Positions 34,701 through 47,156 are shown, counted from the first letter of the stretch. The stretch is DNA of 64,000 bases from Eutreptiella sp. 'Long Island Sound 2002' (GCA_964036045.1 OZ038378.1:144770001-144834000); one strand, 5' to 3'. Numbers and translations are program-made. Notes: generated from the sequence alone by a model not told the origin.

Positions 34701-35508
34701 GATTGGAGGGCAATCCTACAGCACTAGGATTCTTTGTAGAATGTGATGGGCTCGGGCGAAGGTGCTTAGTAATTGTGCTTGCTAGTCTTTTTGTCGGGGT
34801 TGTTGTTGCTGGTGACCCAGTAGATTTATGCTCTATGGTGGTCATTATGGGCAGTGCTTCTAAAGTGTGCCCGCCCAAGTGTACTTGACCAAGCACGTTA
34901 CCAGTGTGCGGGTTGTGGCACAAGAGGCTAGATGGTGGTACACGAATGTGGCATACCGGTGCATTATGAGTCATGCCTTTCTTTTTGTGGGTGAGGCTAG
35001 ATGAGCATGCAATCCACTTTTAAATAGCCAATGGGGATGCTTATGTGTACGAGCTTGTTCAACATGTAGGATTTTGTCCGCTGGTGACCCTCGGTGCCTC
35101 GCAAAGACGACTGCCATGTCATGGCTCCATCCCCTTGTGGCATCGGCCTCCTCGCAATGCCCGTCTCTAGTTCACACTCATCGGCTAGCTTGTAATGTTC
35201 TCACATAGCCGTACTAATAGTCACCCCCCCCCTCCCCATAGGTGCATGTCGTAGTGTTCGGGGTGCTTGGTCTCTCAAGGCACATGTTGCCGTATTGTTC
35301 TCCTGTCATGGCCGTTCCCCTACCTTTCCAACGTGATTGCACAATGCAACAGTCTTACTAGGGTTGCCAGGGTTATTCCCGCTGGGAGGAGTGCACTCAC
35401 ATGTTCCATAGCGAGCGCAATCGCATCTCGATGCTAAGGTCGGTGATGTGGTGTTGGATTGCAATGCAACAACATCCTGCAAGCACGGCTTCATCGTTTG
35501 ACACTTAC

Positions 35509-38500
35509 TGATTCTCTAGTGAGCCCATCCAAAATGGCTGAGAAATGGGTTGTTGTCATTCTTGGTGTGTCCGGTTGACAACGCAGAAATAAGAATGGTT
35601 GCCGGTGACATGCCTCGTAAATTTGCCCTGGAGCACCTACGGTCCTTGGATTTACAAATTGCAATTGGGGCGTCCCTGGCTCCACTAGGAACATCCCTTG
35701 TGGGGACGGGGAAAGGAGGGGCCTTTGAGCCGGTGTGAAATGGGGGGGGGGGGTTGGATGTACATCCCGCAACAGCGGTGACACACCGCAAAGGCAGTGT
35801 TACGCATCCTATGGTAGTGTCATACACCCCTGCAGTAGTGACACAGCCCAGAATAGCATTGTCACAGCTCAACAATTTAGTGTCACACCCGCAACGTTAG
35901 CTTCGGATCCCACAACCAAAGTGCTATGCTCCGCAACGGCAGTGTGCCACCTTGCAACAGCAGTGTGGCACCCCCCAACATGAAAGTCACCCCCCCCCCC
36001 CCCACTAATGTGGTGTCAGTCCCCACAATGGCAATGGCACCACAAAACAGCGAAGTACAGCACGGTAACTCGCCATGGGCTGCTTGCCACTTCTCCCGTC
36101 AAGGGCGCCCGTGATCAATCCAATGGTTCAAACATGTGCATAGTTTCCCGGCTTCACAAACGACAAAAAGACAGTGAGGCCAGAACTTCGTGACCCACCA
36201 CAGGAAAAGCATATCAGAGCCCAGCGCTATGTAGCACCAAGGCAACCTAGGTGGTGATCATCTCTCCTCATCTTGTCCGACTGTGAGATGCTGACATCAC
36301 GAAGAACCCTTGCAGTCAAGTGGATGATGGGCACGAGCATGAGCTGTATAGCATGTTCACCACACCACACCACACTACACCACACCACACCACACCACAC
36401 CACACTACACTACATCACACCACGCCACGCCACACCACGCCACGCCAGCGACGCCACGCTACGCCACACCACACCACACCACACCACACCACACCATACC
36501 ACACCACACCATACCACACCACACCACACCACACCACACCACACCACACCACACCACACCACACCACACCACACCACACCACACCACACCACACCACACC
36601 ACACCACACCACACCACACCACACCACACCACACCACACCACACCACACCACACCACACCACACCACACCACACCACACCACACCACACCACATCACACC
36701 ACATCACACAGATGCCTGGGCTCAAGGAGCTTGTCGTGGGCCATTGTCACAAAGGAGTCTTTTTTTCAAAAGGTCCAAAAGGTTGTTCGGCCCCCCCAAG
36801 GCCTTGGTGAGGGTTCGAAGGTCCCTGAACCTGCGGCCCCAAGGATTCCCTGGCCTTAGGGGTCAACAGTATCTCAGCAAATCTCAGCCAATGCGGACAT
36901 AGCAAGCACTCTTGAACCTGCACATCCAAGCAAATGTATCGCCCATCTGAATGTTCGAATGAAAAATGAGAGAATGCTTGAGCAGTGGCATTGTCGCTCA
37001 GGATCATCCCAAATATGTTGTTGTGCTTCTCCCACTGACCTACAGAAACAAGGCAGCGCAATTGTAGCACTGAATCACATAAAGTGCTGATTGTTGTGCT
37101 CCGGGCATCATGTGCATCCTTGGGCCCCATGATTCTGGGGTGTACTCAAAATCAGGCACCCTTGGAACAGGGCCAAAAACGGGACTCTTCCAACAGCGCA
37201 CATTGGTACCTGCATTGCGGTGCGGCACGGTGTGTGCAAGCAGGTAATGATGCAGTTGTCCAAAGAGGGACCCTACTGGCTTGCACATTGGTGTGCAGGA
37301 CTGACAAGATTCCGGGTCTTTCCTGAGATCCAAACTTGATCAACCACCAGTCATTGCGTCGTGAACCTCTCTCAACTATGAACACTGCTTGAGCTCACTG
37401 GGACCCGGGCAGAGTGTCGGATGTTGAGGGCAGGCTGTACCCTGACTCCAGGCAAACTCCTTGAGGTGTAGACGAGAGGCGTGCAAGGGGACCAGGTCTT
37501 GGACTTGCACCCTATGCCCAAGTGAGTGAGAGGCCCATAGCTCCTCCTCCTCCTCTTACAAACGAAGTCTGATTGGTACCTAAGTGAGTATCTAGGACTG
37601 CACTGTTCCCCACAGTGTCTCAAAAGTTAATCCATTCTGATGCTGTTCCCCTCCGCAGTATAGCACCGGTTGGAGCCGCTCTGGTCGCTCTGGTCATTGG
37701 GTATGAGCCACCCCGGCCGATTATGAACTTTGACTGTAGCCGGGTTCGATCCCACAGTCACTGGTGCGCAAACATAGCACCACAACCACTCAACCACCCC
37801 GGCCAGGTTTTACAAGAGGGGGGGGGAGGTTCAGGGGGGGGTTTGAGGCACCCACTCACCCAAGACCACAGAGCCCCCAGACCCCCCCCCTCTTTATAAA
37901 CAGTTGAGGTGGCGTTGAGGCGCTATCCGGGGTTGAACGGCACCCCAGCCCCACCTCCTTCGGAGTACTGCTGCTGCTTCTGCTGCTGCTGCTGCTGCTG
38001 TGTCTTTGTGGTTTGCTGACCTTTCAACCATTTTTTTTGTGGGTCACTTTTGCAGTGCTCACATTCAACCGGCCTTGTCCGCATTTGAAATGAATACTCC
38101 ACACCCACAGCGGCACTGGCCCGGTTGCATGGCAAAAAAAAACCAAAGAATGAGGTCTGCAGGAGTAGGACGCCAGCAAAAAGGGGTATCCACACCCACA
38201 TCAAAGGGGGGGTCCGAGATGGCAGACCCACCCACACAAGCCATAATTACAAGAGGGGGGGGTCCCAAACTGTTGACCCACACACCCAGACTGGGGCACC
38301 CACCGACTCCCCGCCCCGTTTCGTATTAATTTCTTCTAAACGCTGTCTGGTACAAATAGTCCGTGCCTCCATTGCGTGAAAGAACGCTCTTTTCTGTCTG
38401 GGCTGATTTGCCACCATTCAGGCTGAATCAAGGTTACTCTGGCCAATAAGGCACCATATTCAAAGTAGACGGAAGAAGGTACAGGTTCTTTGTATTAGTT

Positions 38501-39140
38501 GGTGGTTTGGGCGGCCCCTTGGCCATTGGGTATGTGAAGTTCGTGGCGGGTCGTGGTGTGTCATCATTGCATGTGTGTATGCATGAATGTAAACGCGACA
38601 CAGCTGCATGCGTGGCACACCATGCACAAAATCTTCTATCGAATAATTGAAGCCAGCAAAGTTCAGGATCTTATTCGACACAACGTATTGTATCTTCCGA
38701 GGCGGGTCCAACTCTGACAGGCGCAATAACAAGTTTGGTCATTCGTCGGCCGTTCGTACTCCTTGTTTGCTCTCTCGGCGCTCCCCGTTTTCCGCATTCG
38801 ACTTTCGAGTTGATATCCCTGCCTAATCACACTTACATGGACAATGCTCCTCCTATGCACTTGTCATCTTGATGCAAATTGGTGAGTGAGACCACGATAG
38901 GTGCGCACAACACATACTCCACACAATCAACCCTTAAATTGAGCCCCAAAACTGTTGAAACATACTGTTGTAGGCTTCTGCAACTTCGTCTGCTACTGAG
39001 GCACACTTGTAATCCTCCTCGAAACCTTCACGCATCAGGTACCGCTTGGCCGCAAAAGGTTGCCCGGAACCTCCTCCAAACCGGACGATGAAGGCCACCC
39101 GACATCCTCCGCTTCCCAAAGGGGCATCCTCCATGACAAC
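35509..39140 (-). CDS. alpha-kinase (eEF2K/MHCK/ALPK family) catalytic domain, spliced; partial model
   Basis: Confident exons are 38966-39140, 38621-38713 and 36918-37039, joined by in-phase GT-AG introns. They give VVMEDAPLGSGGCRVAF...FAAKRY...AEAYN-K-LDPPRKIQY...YSIEDFVH-G-QWEKHNNIFG...TAQAFSHFSFEHSDGRYICLDVQ. Probable further exons 36831-36849 (GILGAAG) and 35509-35696 (MFLVEP...) are less certain. The start and end of the gene are unresolved. Confidence 0.85.
36358..36709. repeat. (CACCA)n pentanucleotide microsatellite, about 70 copies
   Basis: Read directly. It lies inside a predicted alpha-kinase intron. Confidence 0.97.
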
Positions 39141-39466
39141 CTATGTGGGGCACAACCATGCCACAACAGGTCACCACAAAATGACTGACAGCAATTAACA
39201 CACTTGGGCCAGGGGGGTAAAGGCCGTACAAACACACACAGCAAAAAGGACACCTACGAAATTGTCCCTGTGGGCACAAGACTTCACAGTTTTTTGTCAG
39301 GCCAACATGGAGAGTGGGAAGAACAATGCCATGAGCTAGGCGCCTTTCTGTGGCAGTAGGAGCATGGCGGAACGTTTTTTTTTAATTGCAGAACAGTCTG
39401 ACCCTCCTCTTTGAGAGTGCTTGGGTATGCCCAGATGCACAACGACGTGTGACGTGAAACAGTACT

Positions 39467-41252
39467 CCCCCCATAGGTCCCCATAGGTCCCCATAGGCCC
39501 CCATAGGTCCCCATAGGTCCCCACAAGTCCCCATAGGCCCCCATAGGTCCCCATAGGCCCCCACAGGTCCCCATAGGCCCCCACAGGCCCCCATAGGTCC
39601 CCATAGGTCCCCATGGGTCCCCATAGGTCCCCATAGGCCCCCATAGGTCCCCACAGGCCCCAATAGGCCCCCATAGGTTCCCTTAGGTCCCCATAGGTCC
39701 CCATAGGCCCCCATAGGTCCCCACAAGTCCCCATAGGTCCCCATAGGCCTCCATAGGTCCCTATAGGCCCCCATAGGTCCCCACAGGTCCCCATATGCCC
39801 CGATAGGCCCAAAATTCCCATAGAACCCCATAGGCCCCGATAGGTCCCCATAGGTCCCCATAGGTCCCCATAGGCCCCCATAGGTCCCCATAGGTCCCCA
39901 TAGGCCACCATAGGTCCCCATAGGTCCCCAAGTCCCCATAGGCCCCCATAGGTCCCTATAGGCCCCCATAGGTCCCCACAGGTCCCCATATGCCCCGATA
40001 GGCCCCCATAGGTCCCCATAGGTCCCCATAGGCCCCCATAGGTCCCCATAGGCCCCCATAGGCCCCCATAGGTCCACATAGGTCCCCACAGGTCACCATG
40101 GGCCCCCATAGGTCCCCATAGGCCCCCATAGGCCCCCATAGGTCCCCATAGGTTCCCATAGGCCCCCACAGGCCCCCATAGGTCCCCATAGGTCCCCATA
40201 GGTCCCCATAGGCCCCCATAGGCCCCGATAGGTCCCCATAGGCCCCCACAGGTCCCCATAGGCCCCCACAGGTCCCCATAGGTCCCCATAGGCCCCGATA
40301 GGTCCCCGTAGGTCCCCACAAGCCCCCATAGGTCCCCATAGGACCCCATAGGCCCCAATAGGCCCCGATAGGTCCCCGATAGGTCCCCCTTGGCCCCCAT
40401 AGGCCCCCATAGCTCCCCATAGGCCATATAGGTCCCCATAGGTCCCCATAGGTCCCCATAGGTCCCCATAGGCCCCCATAGGCCCCCATAGGTCCCCATA
40501 GGCCCCCATAGGCCCCGATAGGTCCCCATAGGCCGCCATAGGCCCCCATAGGTCCCCATAGGCCCCCATAGGTCCCCATAGGTCCCTGTGGGTCCCCATA
40601 GGCCCCCATAGGCCCCGATAGGTCCCCATAGGTCCCCATAGGTCCCCACACGCCCCCATAGGTCCCCATAGGTCCCCATAGGTCCCCAAAGGGCCCCACA
40701 GGTCCCCATAGGCCCCGATAGGTCCCCATAGGCCCCCATAGGCCCCCATAGGTCCCCATAGGTCCCCAAAGGTCCCCATAGGCCCCGATAGGTCCCCTTA
40801 GGTCCCCGTAGGTCCCCATAGGCCCCCATAGGTCCCCATAGGTCCCCATAGGCCCCCATAGGTCCCCATAGGTCCCCACAAGTCCCCATAGATCCCCATA
40901 GGCCCCCATAGGCCCCAATGGGTCCCCATAGGTCCCCATAGGTCCCCACACGCTCCCATAGGTCCCCATAGGTCCCCATAGGTCCCCATAGGTCCCCATA
41001 GGCCCCGATAGGTCCCCTTAGGTCCCTATAGGCCCCCATAGCTCCCCAGAGGTCCCCATAGGCCCCCATAGGTCCCCATAGGCCCCATAGATCCCCATAG
41101 GCCCCCACAGGGCCCCATATGCCCCGATAGGCCCCCATAAGTCCCCATAGGCCCCCATAGGTCCCCATAGGCCCCCATAGGTCCCCATAGGTCCCCACAG
41201 GTCACCATAGGCCCCCATAGGTCCCCATAGGCCCCCACAAGCCCCCATAGGT
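39467..41252. repeat. 10-bp minisatellite GG(T/C)CCCCATA, about 178 copies
   Basis: Read directly. It produces GPMGTYGDLW-like ORFs in all minus frames. Confidence 0.97.
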
Positions 41253-42183
41253 CTCCCGCTGCATGTCCCTGCGTCCTGGCGACGGCAGAAATCTTTGTAT
41301 GATGGACTTCCAACAGAAAGAGAAAGAAAAAGAAGTAAAGACCGAAGCAGTGGAGGCCTGCAGGCTCCTGCATGAGGCACGAACACCTCTACACGTAGTA
41401 TTGCAAAGGGAAATACATGCAGTACTGATGGACAGATGGACAGATGGACACACGCGCGCGCGCGCGCGTGACATCACGGAAAACCACAGGGGTCAAGATA
41501 GGGGGTGCTCCTAGTTACGGCCAGCTGCAGCAGTAGGCTTTTGACCCCCCCCCCCACCTACCCCATAGGCCCGCTGCGGCTAGCCAGATATGGCAGGATT
41601 TTGCCGGCTGGCGTCACCACTGGGCCAAACTGGGCCATGGTGATCCGGCCGACTCCATGGCCTGTTGGGGTGGGCCACATCAAGGGTCAACATTGGTCCA
41701 AGCATAGAAGGGTATGGAGCAAGACAAATGCGGTGTATCATGGGGGGCACATTCATGTATGGAGATGCACGGTCATATCCATCTGTTTGCATGGAGGTGC
41801 ATGGATTGAGGCACTTGTGGAGGCCTCCAGCCATGGGTTCGGGATGTATGTATTTCCTACAGCTAACTTAAATCTGTTGCTGCCCCGCATTCGGTGCCAA
41901 CGATGCCAGCTGTAGCCCTTGTCCCTAACCGGAATCAATGTGTATATTATGACAGGTACAAGATGATGTGCCCACGCCTGTCGCACCCGTTCATGAAAAA
42001 TTAGTTATCAAAAACTAAAATTATTGGAAAAACAAATTACACCTAAAAACCAGAAATAGAATTCTAAAAAGAAATTAGAAAACTTCATAAAAATTTTATT
42101 CCAAAATAAAAATAGAAAAAGTTAAATGCCATTGCGTGTTGGTCTTTTTAAGGCATGGCGGTCCCCCGCCGAAAACAAATCCT

Positions 42184-42255
42184 GACCACACCAGGACTCA
42201 GACCAGGAACCACCTGATCCGTAGTCAGGCATTCTATCCATTGAACTATGCGGCC
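42184..42255 (-). tRNA. tRNA-Arg(ACG)-like sequence with degenerate T arm (pseudo-tRNA or SINE head)
   Basis: Reverse complement GGCCGCATAGTTCAATGGATAGAATGCCTGACTACGGATCAGGTGGTTCCTGGTCTGAGTCCTGGTGTGGTC. The acceptor, D and anticodon stems pair (CCTGA/TCAGG, loop CTACGGA). The T loop is TCTGAGT instead of TTCGA, with a T-T mismatch in the T stem. Confidence 0.75.
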
Positions 42256-45200
42256 ATCTATTGCGTGTTTGTCTTTCTCATACCCTGGATTTTGATTTTG
42301 AGATTATTGCACGAATCCCCGGGTTTGACATCCGGATTTAACTTAGGACCACATGAAGGGTGATCTAGCTATAGACGCAAGCAAGTGGTAATGTTCACAA
42401 ATGCATTTGAGCTAAACACCACAATGCAAATATGATGTATCCGTGTGGCTCCTGCTCCCCCTTGACGACTTACCCATTGGAGTCTTTCTATCTTTCGGAC
42501 GCGGGCAGACAAAACCGGGATAGCCCGCACACAACACAACCTAGTCTTCACCCTATGTGCAATACGTAGTCGGCTGATCACTGATCCGCGGGGGTCCATA
42601 ACCCCCCCCCCCCCTGGAATGATCCATGGATCACGGATCGCCAACCCCATAACCCCCTCCCCACAGCCTAGCATCCCTTGTGTGCGGGCTATGCCGTTGT
42701 CTACCGAAGATCCGGTGTTGTGTGCTTTTGCGTGTTTTGATAGACACTAATGAATCCACCTCCATGCGCCCCCCCCCCTCCATGGTAAGGTATGTACACA
42801 TAAGTGTACCTTATGTACCCTATGTGTTCACCTGAAGGCTGCTAAACATTCTATCCAGGCTGGTACCATCCTTACAACCCTTGATCACGCAGCGCTTGCT
42901 CGGTCATTGTGCGCGTGTTGTGCGCGCAGGCTATCTCGTACTAGAGGGGCGCCAAGGGCAGCTCGTCGTTAACATGTTGGTGCCCCACTATGAAGGCGTT
43001 GGAGGTGCGTTGAACCCATGTGACCGCAAACATTCGTAGCACAAAACAACCGAGCAAAGCACCCGAATGCAAACACGCCCAACCGTCGTCAGGTGGACTT
43101 GCACCACACAAAGAAAAGTGCCACAAGGACCTCTTTGGAAGAAGCAAGTGACAAATGCAGGTAGAGCAAGCAGGTTCCACCGGAAATGTCTAATCACACG
43201 GGGCTGTAGAATTTCATGTATACATTCGCTAGATGCAGCGCAACCTAAACTTCAGTGTTCCATTACTCAGTGAGGTGACCGGGAGATCTTGACACATCAT
43301 GGTAGAAATCAAGTATACGTGAACTGTAGTTGTCACACGGTAGGCCTTGAATTTTTGGAATAAAATTCAGCACAGGGTCAAACTGTTCAATCGTGATGGG
43401 GCCAAACTGACATGCTTGCCAAAGGGTGGAGAGCACATGGAACAACGTGAGACAACAATTGATCAGAGATGGTGTGGGCAGAAAGGAGGCAATTTGGCGC
43501 CATACACAATTTGGTGCCATACATCTATGGGTAAAATGCACAGGGTGACCGTTTCAGGATCCATGAGTGGTGGCACTCCACATGGACGAGTACGAGTACG
43601 AGTAGCAATGAAACTGTCCGAGAGCAAATTTGTGGGGAAAGTTAGATGTCAATGGTCCAGAAAATTCTCCAGGTCAGCAGTGGATGGGTATGTGTCAAAC
43701 ATCCGTTTGCACAGGGAAAAAGCACTCTGGGCATGAGAAGCCAAGTGGTGGCCAGTTGAGCAGAGATAGCATAAAAAACCAACAACCCAAGGCTTTGGGG
43801 GTCACGGGCTGTTGTTTAGTGAATTTTTTTGACATAGTGCAAAAGCGGCAATACATAATCCCTATACCAAGCCACCTCCCACAGCATATACCTCGTGTGC
43901 CTCCATCTTTTGCAACTCCAATTTGTGCTTCACATTAGGATTAAAGATGAACAAGGTGCCCCATCCTCGGGTCATTTTCCAGCCGCTTAGACTCGAGGAG
44001 GATTCAAATGAAACAAGAAGGCATGTATTAAGATCTGTCATGTAAGTGGGCATCAACTTTTAGGGTGCTGATTGGTCGTTTGTCATGGCACAGGCAACAA
44101 GAGCACTACATTGTGCACCCAGGGATTCGCTAGGTGCACCTAGGGATGTTGAGGCTAGTGTCGGACACCACTCCAAGAAATGGGCCTTCAAATGACATAG
44201 CCTGAGTGAAATTGTTGTGGTATAGCAACAAACTGTCGTGTACATATGATGTTCAATCAAGTACCGCCCAACACCAATACTTTGCATTCAAGTATCAGAG
44301 ACCCAGTGCCTTGCAAGAGACCCGGGGCTTTGGCTCCAGGTGAAAAAGTTAAGAGACCTTCGTGTGTTGTCGGGGGGGGTAGAGTAAGGAATTGTTTGAC
44401 AGCATGTTACGTTACTAAGGTAACACCAACCCTGACCACCTCCCCCCCAACCTCTCCATGTTACTCAAAAATGGGCGGCAACCGAGCAAAAACACCCGGC
44501 ACCACGTAAATTAATGATACTCAGGGATGAACTCAACCCCCCACCCCACCCACCTATGTTACCCGAATCCCATAAGGTGCCGTAAGATGCAGTCCCTCAC
44601 CCATCGGCATGTCCACATACATAGGCCATGTGAAATATCGAATTGTGCAAAGTGATTGAGAAGCACATTTTTGTTTTCACTGTGCACCTTTGATGGAAAA
44701 GAAAGCAATCTAACTTGCATGTTAGAGGTCCGTGGCACTGGTAAGTCGATATATTGCTTTCAAACCAAACTTGAATGTGCTTGGAAAGCCTTAATGAAAG
44801 TGGAGCATTTGAGTGGCCAACTGTGAAGTGCACACGCATAGATTGCTATAGCCACCCCTTTTAGACTCTTGTGTATCTCGTGGCACACCACTAGGTGAGG
44901 GTTTTCTACAAGGCATTGCACAAAGGGTAGAGGACAAGGCCTTCAAATGGCAGGTCCAAGTTATCAGAGTTACAGCCCACTGTCATCATCCATTTTGAAC
45001 AGGATTGAATTGACAGCTGCTCAGCCTGGCAGCCGAGGATGGAGATATTTGACGGTCGGTGGCCCTGCACACACAATGCAACTCCTCGTAAGTGTCCACA
45101 GGCAACGCTGCCGAAAAGGTGATGATTTGAAAAAAGGTGATGATTTGAACTTGAGCTCACCCGATCTCAATGTCACATGGGTCCTCATGCAGTGATGTAA

Positions 45201-45489
45201 TTGGTTGGGAAACGTGCTGGTCCCCTGCACAATAGTGAAGTGTGAGTGGCCAATAGCAGAAGAATTTCTCTGTTTGGGGCCTTTTGAGCCGGTGCTGAGC
45301 AACGCTCGATGAACTTTGCATGCAGACTTGATTGGCTTCGTAACAAGGCCTTGCAACGACCAAAGGATTTGGACAAACGTTTAGCCGCCCAACAGGAGCT
45401 GCGCCCTCCTCCAGACGAGAGGTCATATTGAGGGGAAAAGTAGAGACCAGACAAAGAGCAGGTGGCAAGCCGTGTCCGCGCCAAGACCT

Positions 45490-45501
45490 GTTCCTTTGCA
45501 G
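45490..45501 (+). promoter_or_regulatory. putative (trans-)splice acceptor 23 nt upstream of the TRAF ATG; analogous site at 50666-50667 before rpl31
   Basis: TTCCTTTGCAG| precedes ATG 45525, and TATTTCCGTTGTAG| precedes ATG 50685. Euglenozoa add a spliced leader at such sites. Confidence 0.5.
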
Positions 45502-45524
45502 GTACCTTTACTTTAAGCTACGAC

Positions 45525-47156
45525 ATGCAAGGGGCCACCGATACTTATCCTCGTACACGCTTTAAGCACGTCGATGACGACCTGCTATGCTGTCTTTGCA
45601 ACGGCGTACCTAAGAACCCTATGGTGGCGCCATGTCAGCATGTGTGCTGTCCAGCGTGTCTCGAGGGATGGCACGGATGTTGCCCCCAGTGCGGTGCAAG
45701 CTGGTCTCCACAAGAATGGGGACCACCAGGGCGAATCGTCCAAAACATGTACAAAAAACTCGATATCCTTTGCGAGTATTCGACCAGTGGTTGTGACTTC
45801 TCAGTCAAGTTTGGGAACCTGGAGGAGCTGGATGAACATTTGGCCCACTGCCCCAAGGCGATTTGTCGGTGTTCCAACGAGGGTTGCACTTTCGAGGGAC
45901 CACGGGACACGATAGAGCTACACGAGCAGAAGCAGTGCGAGCATCGCCTGGTGTACTGTGAGCTCTGCGACACGGCGGTGAAATACAACGCCATTCAGGA
46001 GCACAAGACATCCTTCTGTCCAATGATGGAGATTGAGTGCACCTGTGGACAAAAAATGCTACGCAAAGATAAAGAGGCACACTTGCTTCGTTGTCCCCAT
46101 CGAGTTCTTGTGGTCTGCCCTGTCGCAGGATGTGGTCAGAGAATTCCTCAAGGAGACTTGGAAACCCATATCTCAGGGTCGTTGTCCATGCATTTCCAGC
46201 TCCTGAGTGTGGCTACACAAGAGCGTGATAGTACAATTTCTCGCTTGGCAGACCAGCTCACGCAGACTCAAAAGGTTTGTCTGCTGCCTTGTTGACGGTT
46301 GTGCAGGTGCAACGCGGGTGCCACAAGGCCTAAGCGCTCTGGGGTTGTGTCGGGGGGTTGTGCATGCGTGGTAGTGCTGTTTGCCGCGCTGAAATTTCCT
46401 GCGGCTCCTTTCACGCAGAAGCTTGCCGAAGCCGAAGAGAAAATTGCGAATTTGGAGGCGGACAAGCACGAGCAATCCTGGTATGGAATGGGTTTGTGGC
46501 GCCGAGACGAAGGCTGCAGAAATGTGTGGACCATTGGTAATATGAACCAGCGACTCAAGGATGCAACCCTCAAGCACCAGGCCAGTGCTCAACGCCAGCC
46601 GGGCTGTTCAGTTTACGTCCCTATTCTCCTTTGGAGCCCCCAGTATTACACACAAGCATCATTCGGATATCGGTTTTCCTTGTGCTTGAATATTAGTGTT
46701 CACTCAGTCGGATTGTTCATCCACTTGCACGAAGGGGAGTATGATGACCAGCTTCCATGGCCATTTAACCTGGATTACACTGTACAGTTGGGAACTATAC
46801 AGTCCACGATCACTCAACGTGACTCCTATATGCACTACACATCTCAGGGCCGGCCCCCACACGAATTGTCGTGGGGCTGGGCGAATTTCTGTGACCTTAA
46901 TTCCTTCAAAGAGGCCCTCCAAAATGACAGTATTGAGATAACTGCCTATTTCCACGCGTCACATGCTTCCGTCACCCCTCACCACAATGGCGTGGCTGCT
47001 GGGATGCCCATGGGGCAGCACCACTACCATCAACAAGGTGTTCCCACGGCCCCTCAGCAGCAGGCTATTCAGTCTCACCAAAATCACAAGGCACCCAAGC
47101 ACCACCCAGGAATCCACCCTGGCCAGATGTATGCTGCGGTGGGCCAAGGTTACTAG
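45525..47156 (+). CDS. TRAF-family E3 ligase/adaptor: RING, TRAF zinc fingers, coiled coil, MATH domain, Q/H-rich tail (about 495 aa)
   Basis: Exon 1 is 45525-46274, followed by a GT-AG phase-0 intron 46275-46418 and exon 2 46419-47156. It has a C3HC4 RING (CCLC...CQHVCCPAC...CPQC), repeated CxxC-x-H-xxxC fingers, and MATH motifs VWTI, SPQYYT..GYRFSLCL, LFIHLHEGEYDDQLPWPF and WGWANF. Confidence 0.93.

Noticed and set aside
39284-41477. Collagen-like or GPMGTYGDLW repeat proteins up to 620 aa
   Set aside because: These are the product of a 10-bp minisatellite. The same peptide appears in all three frames, which is expected from the period rather than from selection.
41996-42130. Organellar DNA insertion (very AT-rich tract beside a tRNA)
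   Set aside because: The tRNA resembles cytosolic rather than plastid tRNA-Arg(ACG), and no organellar gene is recognisable in the tract.
44597-44839. FHA/TIFA-like adaptor between the kinase and TRAF
   Set aside because: Only a vague resemblance (FTVGHS...LSKH). The conserved GR, SxxH and NG motifs are absent.
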